From the NCBI GenBank assembly GCA_013298695.1, contig JAAFIS010000002.1, positions 68,935-92,934 of the forward strand: DNA of 24,000 nucleotides, given 5' to 3'. The notes under the pieces are model-generated. The model did not search any database and was not told where the DNA came from. It worked only from the letters and a program-made list of their open reading frames with translations. Numbering within the stretch: position 1 is the first letter of the stretch; each line of letters starts with the position of its first letter. Positions 17,659 to 24,000 of this stretch are shown here, in pieces. Source of the stretch: Betaproteobacteria bacterium. GTDB taxonomy: Bacteria; Pseudomonadota; Gammaproteobacteria; Burkholderiales; Casimicrobiaceae. Made by a program: the position numbers and the translations under genes.

Positions 17659-17759
17659 TGTAGGAGCGGTTCTTCCGCGATACGACTGCTGCGTTACGCC
17701 AATGGGTCAATGAACGTCGGCGTTTGCATAGGTGGAATCGCGGCAGAGCCGCTCCTACA
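17659..17759. repeat. R1 MITE/REP-like element with 23-bp terminal inverted repeats
   Basis: tgtaggagcggttcttccgcgat ... atcgcggcagagccgctcctaca (21/23 complementary) flank about 55 nt. It begins 10 nt after the GST stop codon. Confidence 0.85.
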
Positions 17760-17966
17760 GGTTGCGTATTCACAAAATCAACTTAATTCTGCATCGCCCG
17801 GTTAATGTGGGCTATCCGCGTTGTTGAACGTCATTTCAATAAATTGCGTATATTGCCGCTTTGCCCACAGTAATCGGCGGATCGCGCATTAAGTCGAATT
17901 GCGTTCTTATCTGTAATGGAGCCCCCAGATCGCATGCAATAAACGCGATTCACTACACTTGATCGC

Positions 17967-18860
17967 ATGAATTCCGTCGCCGAAAAATCCGCACTACTTC
18001 CCGCGCTCGAACAACCGTATCTCGATCTGCTCGCGCACGTGCGCACGCAAGGTGCGCAGAAGGGCGACCGCACTGGCACGGGCACGCTCTCAACCTTCGG
18101 AGCACAGTTGCGTTTTGATTTGCAACGCGGCTTTCCACTCATCACTACGAAGAAAGTGTTTTGGAAAGCGATCGCCTACGAATTGCTTTGGTTTTTGCGC
18201 GGCGATAGCAACGCGAAATGGCTGCAAGAACGCGGCGTCACCATTTGGGATGAATGGGCGAAGGCTGATGGCGATTTGGGGCCGGTGTATGGCGTGCAAT
18301 GGCGGAGCTGGCCGACCCCCGACGGCGGCCACGTCGATCAAATCGCCGAAGTCGTCAAACAGCTCAAAACCAATCCCAATTCGCGCCGCATCATCGTGTC
18401 CGCCTGGAACGTAAGCGAGCTATCGAAGATGGCGCTGATGCCCTGCCATGCGTTTTTTCAGTTCTACGTTTCTCCCTCTCCGTCCGGGAGAGGTCGCGAC
18501 GAAGTCGCGGGTGAGGGAAATTCGCTGCAAAAAGCAAAGCTCTCCTGCCAACTCTACCAACGCAGCGCCGACCTCTTCCTAGGCGTCCCATTCAACATCG
18601 CAAGCTACGCCCTGCTCACCCACATGCTCGCGCAGCAATGCGATCTCGACGTCGGCGACTTCATCTGGACCGGCGGCGATTGCCACATCTATTCGAACCA
18701 CTTCGAACAAGTCGATCTGCAACTTTCACGTTCACCGCTGCCACCCCCGACACTCAACATCAAACGGAAACCAGCGTCGATCCTCGATTATAAGTATGAG
18801 GATTTTGAGGTGGTGAACTACCAGTCGCATGCGGCGATTAAGGCGCCGGTGGCGGTGTAG
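17967..18860 (+). CDS. thyA: Thymidylate synthase ThyA (carries a 19-aa net insertion)
   Basis: Collinear with E. coli ThyA: [61 protein letters not shown]. 297 aa against 264 aa for the E. coli protein as I recall it. Confidence 0.95.
   Translation: MNSVAEKSALLPALEQPYLDLLAHVRTQGAQKGDRTGTGTLSTFGAQLRFDLQRGFPLITTKKVFWKAIAYELLWFLRGDSNAKWLQERGVTIWDEWAKADGDLGPVYGVQWRSWPTPDGGHVDQIAEVVKQLKTNPNSRRIIVSAWNVSELSKMALMPCHAFFQFYVSPSPSGRGRDEVAGEGNSLQKAKLSCQLYQRSADLFLGVPFNIASYALLTHMLAQQCDLDVGDFIWTGGDCHIYSNHFEQVDLQLSRSPLPPPTLNIKRKPASILDYKYEDFEVVNYQSHAAIKAPVAV
18471..18520. repeat. R3 palindromic element inside the thyA coding sequence
   Basis: Hairpins cctctcc-gtccg-ggagagg (18475-18493) and cgcgac-gaa-gtcgcg (18495-18509). 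Inverted tccctc (18473-18478) pairs with gaggga (18513-18518). The same motif set occurs in reverse orientation at 19647-19703. Confidence 0.75.
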
Positions 18861-18868
18861 GCGTTGCA

Positions 18869-19204
18869 GTGGTTGATCTTGACATCAAATCAGTGATAGC
18901 TAGCGTCAAAGAAATTTTGAACGATGCCGAACTGCGATCCGTTGAAATCAAAAATCACGCGGACCTCGGTCACGCTGAAAGCGGTGCCGCATTTTTTATC
19001 GAGGGCACATATTGTCTTACTTCAATTGGTATCTGGCCTCACGGCCTGTGTGATGTCGACTGGCTCTATATGTCGGACGCAAAAGGCGAATTCACTCACA
19101 AAGAATTCTTCGACACAAATGAAGTTGCACCGTTCGTGGCGTCTGAAATTCGAAAAGCGTTTGGACGAGAGCGTATCCAAATGCTTGCATATGGTTTCCA
19201 TTGA
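18869..19204 (+). CDS. Hypothetical 111-aa protein (visibly lower GC than neighbours)
   Basis: GTG start 8 nt after the thyA stop. The composition is non-repetitive. No motif is recognised, and it is not DHFR-like. Confidence 0.55.
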   Translation: MVDLDIKSVIASVKEILNDAELRSVEIKNHADLGHAESGAAFFIEGTYCLTSIGIWPHGLCDVDWLYMSDAKGEFTHKEFFDTNEVAPFVASEIRKAFGRERIQMLAYGFH

Positions 19205-19218
19205 CTGTTGTCCTATTT

Positions 19219-19311
19219 ACCCGGACGCTCGCATCCGGGTTCCTGTGCTCTCCTCGCGAAGCGACTAACCAGACTTCGTCTCATTGTGAAACCTGGATGC
19301 GAGCATCCGGG
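19219..19311. repeat. Pair of R5 REP-like palindromes (CCCGGATGCGAGCATCCGGG type)
   Basis: acccggacgctcgcatccgggt (19219-19240) and cctggatgcgagcatccggg (19292-19311). Each is a 9-bp stem with one mismatch. They lie between the 111-aa ORF stop and the helicase start. Confidence 0.75.
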
Positions 19312-19324
19312 CTACGATTCGGGC

Positions 19325-22015
19325 ATGCGTTTGCCTCGTTCCGAACTTGCTGAATCATTTTTCGCCTCGCGAGGTTGGACGCCGTTCGAATTTCAACGCG
19401 AAACCTGGGCGGCGCAGGCTCAGGGCAAGAGCGGATTGATTCATGCGCCGACGGGGTTTGGTAAGACGTATGCGGCGTTTTGTGGGTTGATTCCCCTCTC
19501 CCCCCGGGACCAGCCGAAGGCGCAGGACGCAGCGAAGCTGTGGTCCCGACCAACGGAAGGGATGGGCGAGAGCCCACAGAGGGTGCCCAAAGGGCGGGTG
19601 AGGGAAAGCGCTGTCGAAAACGAACTCGCTAAACCCGACTTCAAAGCTTCCCTCACCAACGCGCCGCAAGCGTCGCGCGACCTCTCCCGAGGGGAGAGGG
19701 AAGCCAGCACACCCCTCACCGTGCTCTGGATCACCCCGCTAAAAGCCCTAGCGAGCGACACTTTCTTGACGCTCAAAGAGGCCACCGCCGCGATGCAGTC
19801 TTCGTGGACTGTAGGGCTTCGCTCAGGGGATACGTCAACCTCCGAGCGAGCGAAACAGGATCGTCGATTGCCAACTGTGCTGGTGACCACGCCAGAATCG
19901 CTCGCGCTCATGCTGACGAAAGCGGATTGGAGGGAGCGTTTCTCGTCACTTCGCGCCGTGATCGTGGATGAATGGCATGAGTTGCTTTCGTCAAAACGTG
20001 GCGTATTACTTGAACTCACCCTCGCACGCTTACGCAACGCAACGCGCGCGAGCAATGCGCCGTTGATGACCTGGGGCATGAGCGCCACACTCGGCAACCT
20101 TGATGAGGCGATGCGAGTGTTGATCGGCCCCGATGCGGCGATGGAAAAACGCGGCGTGCTCATCAGCGCAGACGTTAAAAAAGACATCGTGATCGATTCG
20201 CTGCTGCCAGATTCGATGGAGCGCTTTCCGTGGGCGGGGCATTTGGGTACGAAGATGGTGCCGAAGGTCATCGAGAAAATTAACGCAGCGAAGAGCACGC
20301 TCATCTTCACCAACACACGTTCGCAAACCGAGCTTTGGTATCAGGCAATTTTGGATGCGGCACCCGAGCTTGCGGGGCAAATCGCATTGCATCATGGCTC
20401 ACTCGACAGAGACACGCGCGACTTCGTTGAACAAGGTATTCGCACGGGCTTACTCAAAGCAGTGGTGTGCACGAGTTCGTTGGATCTGGGTGTTGACTTT
20501 CGCCCCGTAGAACAAGTGCTGCAAATTGGTTCTCCAAAGGGCGTTGCGCGACTGTTGCAGCGCGCGGGGCGCAGCGGGCATCAGCCAGGCGCGAAATCGC
20601 GCGTCACGGTCGTGCCGACGCACGCTCTGGAGCTGGTTGAATCCGCCGCGGCTCGAACGGCCGCGATGGCAGGACGGATTGAAACGCGACGACCACTCGG
20701 AACACTGAATGTGGCGGGGGCAACGAGAGGCACCTGGCGCGCGCTTGACGTGCTCGCGCAACACTTGGTGAGCGCAGCGCTCGGCGGCGGCTTCGATCCC
20801 GATGCGATGCGCGAGGAAGTGGAACGCACAGCAAGCTTCATGAATTTGACCGATGAAGAATGGCAATGGACGCTTGATTTCGTCACCAAAGGCGGCGCGT
20901 CGCTTTCCGCCTATCCTGACTTTCACAAAGTGATTTGGGATGAAGAAACAAAGCGCTATGTTGTGAATGATCGACGCATCGCGCAGCGACATCGCATCAA
21001 CATCGGCACCATCGTTTCCGAAGCGTCGATCAACGTGCAATACCAAGGCGGCGCACGATTGGGGCATGTCGAAGAAGATTTCATCGCACGACTGAATCCT
21101 GGTGATGCATTTATCTTCGCCGGACGTATTGTTGAATTCATCCGCGTTCGCGAGATGACCGCATACGTGAAACGCGCAACGAAGAAGCGCAACCTCGTGC
21201 CGCGTTGGGCGGGTGGCAAGATGCCACTTTCAACGCAGCTTGCAGACGCAACGCGCGCGCTGATCGCCGAGGCGAAACGTGGTGTGTATTCAACGCCAGA
21301 AACACGGCTTTGCGCACCGATTTTCACCCTACAAAACGCGATATCCGCGTTGCCAAGCGAGAAGCAATTCCTGATTGAAACGTACAAGGATCGCGAAGGT
21401 TGGCACCTGTTTTTCTTCCCGTTCGAAGGAAGATTAGTTCATCTTGGACTCGCCACACTCTTTAGCTATCGGCTCGCAAAAGACGAAGCAAAAACGTTTT
21501 CGATTGCGATGAATGATTATGGTTTTGAACTCGTGTCGCCCACGGAACAAATACTAACGAACAAAAAGTTGCACGAACTGCTAGACACGAGAAATGTTGA
21601 AGCAGACATCTTGCACGGGCTCAACGCAGCTGAGCTAGCGAAGCGCCAGTTTCGCGAGATCGCCCGCGTCGCTGGGCTCATCGATCAAGGCTATCCCGGA
21701 CAAAACAAATCGAACAAACAATTGCAAATGAGTAGCGGCCTGCTCTTCGACGTGTTCACCAACTACGACAAAGACAACTTGCTGCTCAAGCAAGCGGTGC
21801 GCGAGGTAATGGAGCGACAGCTTGAAGCCACGCGTTTGCAAGCGGCGTTGCTGCGGCTGCGCGCGAGCGAGGCGCTGCTCAAACATTGTGATCGCTTCAC
21901 ACCGTTTTCATTTCCGCTCATGGTGGAGCGGTTGCGCGAAAAGTTATCGACAGAACAGATTGAAGATCGTGTAGCGCGGATGGTCGCCGAGATTGAAAAA
22001 GCGCAGTTGGCGTGA
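19325..22015 (+). CDS. Ligase-associated-type DEXH-box (Lhr-core-like) DNA damage response helicase
   Basis: Motif I APTGFGKT, Ia LWITPLKALA, II VIVDEWH (DExH), III MSATLGN, VI QRAGRSGH. The C-terminal region (DVLAQHLV..., INIGTIVSE...) is typical of this family. I chose the ATG at 19325 because 19208-19324 is REP sequence. Confidence 0.88.
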   Translation: MRLPRSELAESFFASRGWTPFEFQRETWAAQAQGKSGLIHAPTGFGKTYAAFCGLIPLSPRDQPKAQDAAKLWSRPTEGMGESPQRVPKGRVRESAVENELAKPDFKASLTNAPQASRDLSRGEREASTPLTVLWITPLKALASDTFLTLKEATAAMQSSWTVGLRSGDTSTSERAKQDRRLPTVLVTTPESLALMLTKADWRERFSSLRAVIVDEWHELLSSKRGVLLELTLARLRNATRASNAPLMTWGMSATLGNLDEAMRVLIGPDAAMEKRGVLISADVKKDIVIDSLLPDSMERFPWAGHLGTKMVPKVIEKINAAKSTLIFTNTRSQTELWYQAILDAAPELAGQIALHHGSLDRDTRDFVEQGIRTGLLKAVVCTSSLDLGVDFRPVEQVLQIGSPKGVARLLQRAGRSGHQPGAKSRVTVVPTHALELVESAAARTAAMAGRIETRRPLGTLNVAGATRGTWRALDVLAQHLVSAALGGGFDPDAMREEVERTASFMNLTDEEWQWTLDFVTKGGASLSAYPDFHKVIWDEETKRYVVNDRRIAQRHRINIGTIVSEASINVQYQGGARLGHVEEDFIARLNPGDAFIFAGRIVEFIRVREMTAYVKRATKKRNLVPRWAGGKMPLSTQLADATRALIAEAKRGVYSTPETRLCAPIFTLQNAISALPSEKQFLIETYKDREGWHLFFFPFEGRLVHLGLATLFSYRLAKDEAKTFSIAMNDYGFELVSPTEQILTNKKLHELLDTRNVEADILHGLNAAELAKRQFREIARVAGLIDQGYPGQNKSNKQLQMSSGLLFDVFTNYDKDNLLLKQAVREVMERQLEATRLQAALLRLRASEALLKHCDRFTPFSFPLMVERLREKLSTEQIEDRVARMVAEIEKAQLA
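19491..19607. repeat. Long R3-related element inside the helicase coding sequence
   Basis: It starts ttcccctctcc and ends gggtgagggaaa, the same termini as the thyA copy. Internal 8-bp stem: cgggacca (19505-19512) pairs with tggtcccg (19541-19548). Confidence 0.6.
19647..19703. repeat. Short R3 element (inverted orientation) inside the helicase coding sequence
   Basis: Outer 8-bp stem cttccctc (19647-19654) / gagggaag (19696-19703). Inner hairpin cctctccc-gag-gggagagg. Its reverse complement aligns with the thyA copy (tccctctcc...cgggagaggtcgcg...ggtgagggaa). Confidence 0.75.
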
Positions 22016-22184
22016 ATCGCTTAAGTCAAAGAACATTGGGCGATCCTTGAATTTTTTCAATTTATCGAAAGACTCGCATCATCGCACGATAGCCCAATGT
22101 GATTGGCGTTTGCGCGGTAGAGCTGATCGCGCGATTCATCGGATCAAGTCGTCTCTGCGTTGACGCTCGTAAGCGCGATTCGCA

Positions 22185-22604
22185 CTACTGGATTCGCGAC
22201 AACGCAGTGCGAATATCCTGTGGAATCGTCGCGCTTGTGTTGCTTGCTTTGTCGACGAATACATGAACGAAATATGCGGTGGCGCGCGGCTCATGATCGT
22301 TTTTTCCGAAGCAGGCAAGTTCATAACGAACGGAGCTGTTGCCGAGTTTCGACACACGAATCCCAACGTGCACTTCTTCCGGAAACACAAAACCTTTTTT
22401 ATAGGTGCATTGCGATTCCACGCAGTAGGCAACGATTGGATCACGATGAATATCAAGATCGCCGTATTCAATCAAATAACTATTGATCGCGGTATCAAAC
22501 CAACTGTAATAAACGACGTTGTTTACGTGGCCGTAAATGTCGTTATCCATCCAGCGGGTGTGGAGGGTATGGAAGTGAGCAAAGCTTTCGCGGGTGATGG
22601 CCAT
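22185..22604 (-). CDS. Acyl-CoA thioesterase, hotdog fold (YbgC/4HBT family)
   Basis: 139 aa. The N-terminal HTRWMDNDIYGHVNNVVYYSWFDTA segment is the characteristic 4HBT/YbgC active-site region. Confidence 0.85.
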   Translation of the reverse strand: MAITRESFAHFHTLHTRWMDNDIYGHVNNVVYYSWFDTAINSYLIEYGDLDIHRDPIVAYCVESQCTYKKGFVFPEEVHVGIRVSKLGNSSVRYELACFGKNDHEPRATAYFVHVFVDKASNTSATIPQDIRTALSRIQ

Positions 22605-22618
22605 GATGATCTACGACT

Positions 22619-22744
22619 TGTAGGAGCGCTGCGATTCGTCTCCTCCCCCTTCAAGGGGGAGGCCGGGAGCGGGATGGGTTTCAGCGGCGTTGGAAGCGAG
22701 GGAAACCCATCCCCACCCCAACCCTCCCCTTGAAGGGGAGGGAG
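22619..22744. repeat. Composite R1-mini + R2 element filling the whole glcF-thioesterase spacer
   Basis: tgtaggagcg..., then hairpin cctccccc-ttcaa-gggggagg. Next, gggatgggtttc...gaaacccatccc, and finally the palindrome ccctccccttgaaggggaggg (22722-22742). It ends 2 nt before the glcF stop codon and starts 14 nt from the thioesterase ATG. Confidence 0.85.
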
Positions 22745-23965
22745 TCAACTGAGTCGTTCGTCAAGCAACTCAATCCAATGCTTCACCGGAAGTGTAGTCC
22801 CGCTTTGTAAATGTGTCATGCATCCGATGTTGGACGTCGCGATTTGGCTCGGCTCGCCTGCAGTAAGAGTCTTGAGTTTTCTGGTTTTGAGCTCTTCGCT
22901 GATCGTGGGCTGCAATACCGAATAGGTGCCCGCCGAGCCGCAGCACAAGTGCGAATCGGCAACCGCGGCGAGGGTGAATCCCATATCGCGCAGCAATTGC
23001 TCTACGCCACCTTTGAGTTTCATACCGTGCTGCAAGGTGCATGGCGGGTGGTACGAAATCGTTTCATGGCGCGGTTTTACTTTCGCTTTGAGCGATGGCC
23101 ATTCCGCGGCAATCACTTCTGAAATATCCTTCGAGATCGAAGCGATCCTCGCCGCCTTTGCCGCATATACCGCGTCCTGCTGCATAAAGTGACCGTAGTC
23201 TTTGAGCATGACCGAACAGCCTGAAGCGGTGCCAACGACGGCCTCCGCACCCGCTTCGATATGCGGCCACCACGCATCAATGTTCGCTTTCACTCTTTGC
23301 ACCGCTTCGTCATGCGCGTTCAAGTGGTGCGAGAGCGCGCCGCAACAGCCGCCTGCGGAAATCGCCTTGAGCGTGATCCCCGCGTGATCGAGCACGCGCG
23401 CAGCGGCGAAATCAATCGAGGGAGCCATCGAATTTTGCACACAGCTATCCAGCAACAGCACGGTACGCGCATGCTGCGTTTGTGGCCACGCACCAGCGTC
23501 GCGCATGGGTTGCACTTTCGCTTTGAGCGCCGCAGGCATCAGCGGACGCAGCGCGCGACCGAGCTTCATCGCGTTATGAAATAGCGGCTTGTTGAGCAAG
23601 CTTTTGCGCAAACTGGTTCTCGCCAGCTTCTCAGTGAACGTACGACCGACTTTTTCCTCAACGACGCTGCGACCGATATCCACTAGCCGACCATATTGCA
23701 CACCACTAGGGCAGGTACTTTCGCAATTGCGACAAGTCAAGCAGCGATCCAAATGCTGCTGCGTTTTCTTGGTCGGCTCAACGCCTTCTAGCACCTGCTT
23801 GATGAGATAGATGCGACCACGCGGCCCATCGAGTTCGTCACCGAGCACCTGATACGTCGGGCAGGTCGCTGTGCAAAACCCACAATGAACGCAGGAGCGC
23901 AAAATCGCATCGGCTTCTTTGCCCTGCGGGGTGTCTTTGATGAAGTCGGCTAGGTTGGTTTGCAT
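22745..23965 (-). CDS. glcF: Glycolate oxidase iron-sulfur subunit GlcF
   Basis: Two 4Fe-4S cluster motifs (CVHCGFCTATCP, CLTCRNCESTCP) and CCG-domain cysteines. Near full-length resemblance to E. coli GlcF (DELDGPRGRIYLIKQVLEG). Confidence 0.9.
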   Translation of the reverse strand: MQTNLADFIKDTPQGKEADAILRSCVHCGFCTATCPTYQVLGDELDGPRGRIYLIKQVLEGVEPTKKTQQHLDRCLTCRNCESTCPSGVQYGRLVDIGRSVVEEKVGRTFTEKLARTSLRKSLLNKPLFHNAMKLGRALRPLMPAALKAKVQPMRDAGAWPQTQHARTVLLLDSCVQNSMAPSIDFAAARVLDHAGITLKAISAGGCCGALSHHLNAHDEAVQRVKANIDAWWPHIEAGAEAVVGTASGCSVMLKDYGHFMQQDAVYAAKAARIASISKDISEVIAAEWPSLKAKVKPRHETISYHPPCTLQHGMKLKGGVEQLLRDMGFTLAAVADSHLCCGSAGTYSVLQPTISEELKTRKLKTLTAGEPSQIATSNIGCMTHLQSGTTLPVKHWIELLDERLS

Positions 23966-24000
23966 AGTTGCGCCTAACGCGCGATCGCTAACCCTCTCCC

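Noticed and set aside
17824-17854. Candidate sigma70 promoter for thyA (TTGAAC ... TATATT)
   Set aside because: The spacer is 19 nt, which is suboptimal, and such hexamers are common in AT-rich spacers. It is too weak to annotate without transcript data.
18471-18536. thyA insertion as an intein or intron
   Set aside because: It is only 57 nt net. It lacks intein splice-junction motifs and group I/II intron structure, the frame is continuous, and the sequence matches a dispersed palindromic repeat.
19208-19324. N-terminal extension of the helicase ORF from a TTG at 19208
   Set aside because: It is encoded entirely by the R5 palindromes (PGRSHPGS / GCEHPGY artefact peptides). The conserved helicase N-terminus begins after the ATG at 19325.
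23966-24000. Possible 3' end of an upstream glcE gene and the start of another R3-like repeat (ccctctccc at the window edge)
   Set aside because: Only 35 nt are visible. The frame and the repeat identity cannot be established.

Overview
This looks like a chromosomal, moderately GC-rich proteobacterial segment with about 21 protein-coding genes. I see no rRNA, tRNA, CRISPR, transposase or integrase genes.

Gene content, left to right:
- (-) the start of an MFS (LplT/Aas-like) gene and a fatty-acid-hydroxylase/sterol-desaturase-family gene
- (+) a divergent XRE-type HTH regulator
- (-) a translationally coupled yihY-tupB-tupC-tupA tungstate/molybdate-type ABC uptake cluster
- (-) an SDR oxidoreductase
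- (-) a 74-aa orphan ORF followed by a TonB-dependent receptor
- (-) a class-III aminotransferase
- (+) a SAM methyltransferase
- (-) a CsgG-like lipoprotein gene, then creB-creC-creD and a creD-coupled 4-TM ORF
- (+) a GST, thyA, a lower-GC 111-aa orphan, and a ligase-associated-type DEXH (Lhr-like) helicase
- (-) a hotdog thioesterase and glcF

The most unusual property is not a gene cassette. It is a very dense population of REP/MITE-like palindromic repeats from at least five sequence families (named R1-R5 here). They fill whole intercistronic spacers and form a tandem array abutting the creB start codon. Most unusually, they sit in frame inside two housekeeping-type genes, thyA and the helicase.

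A perfect CreB cre tag (TTCACnnnnnnTTCAC) lies upstream of creD.

I did not find a convincing new multi-gene system (defence, secretion or biosynthesis). All functional calls come from reading motifs by eye; no database search was possible.
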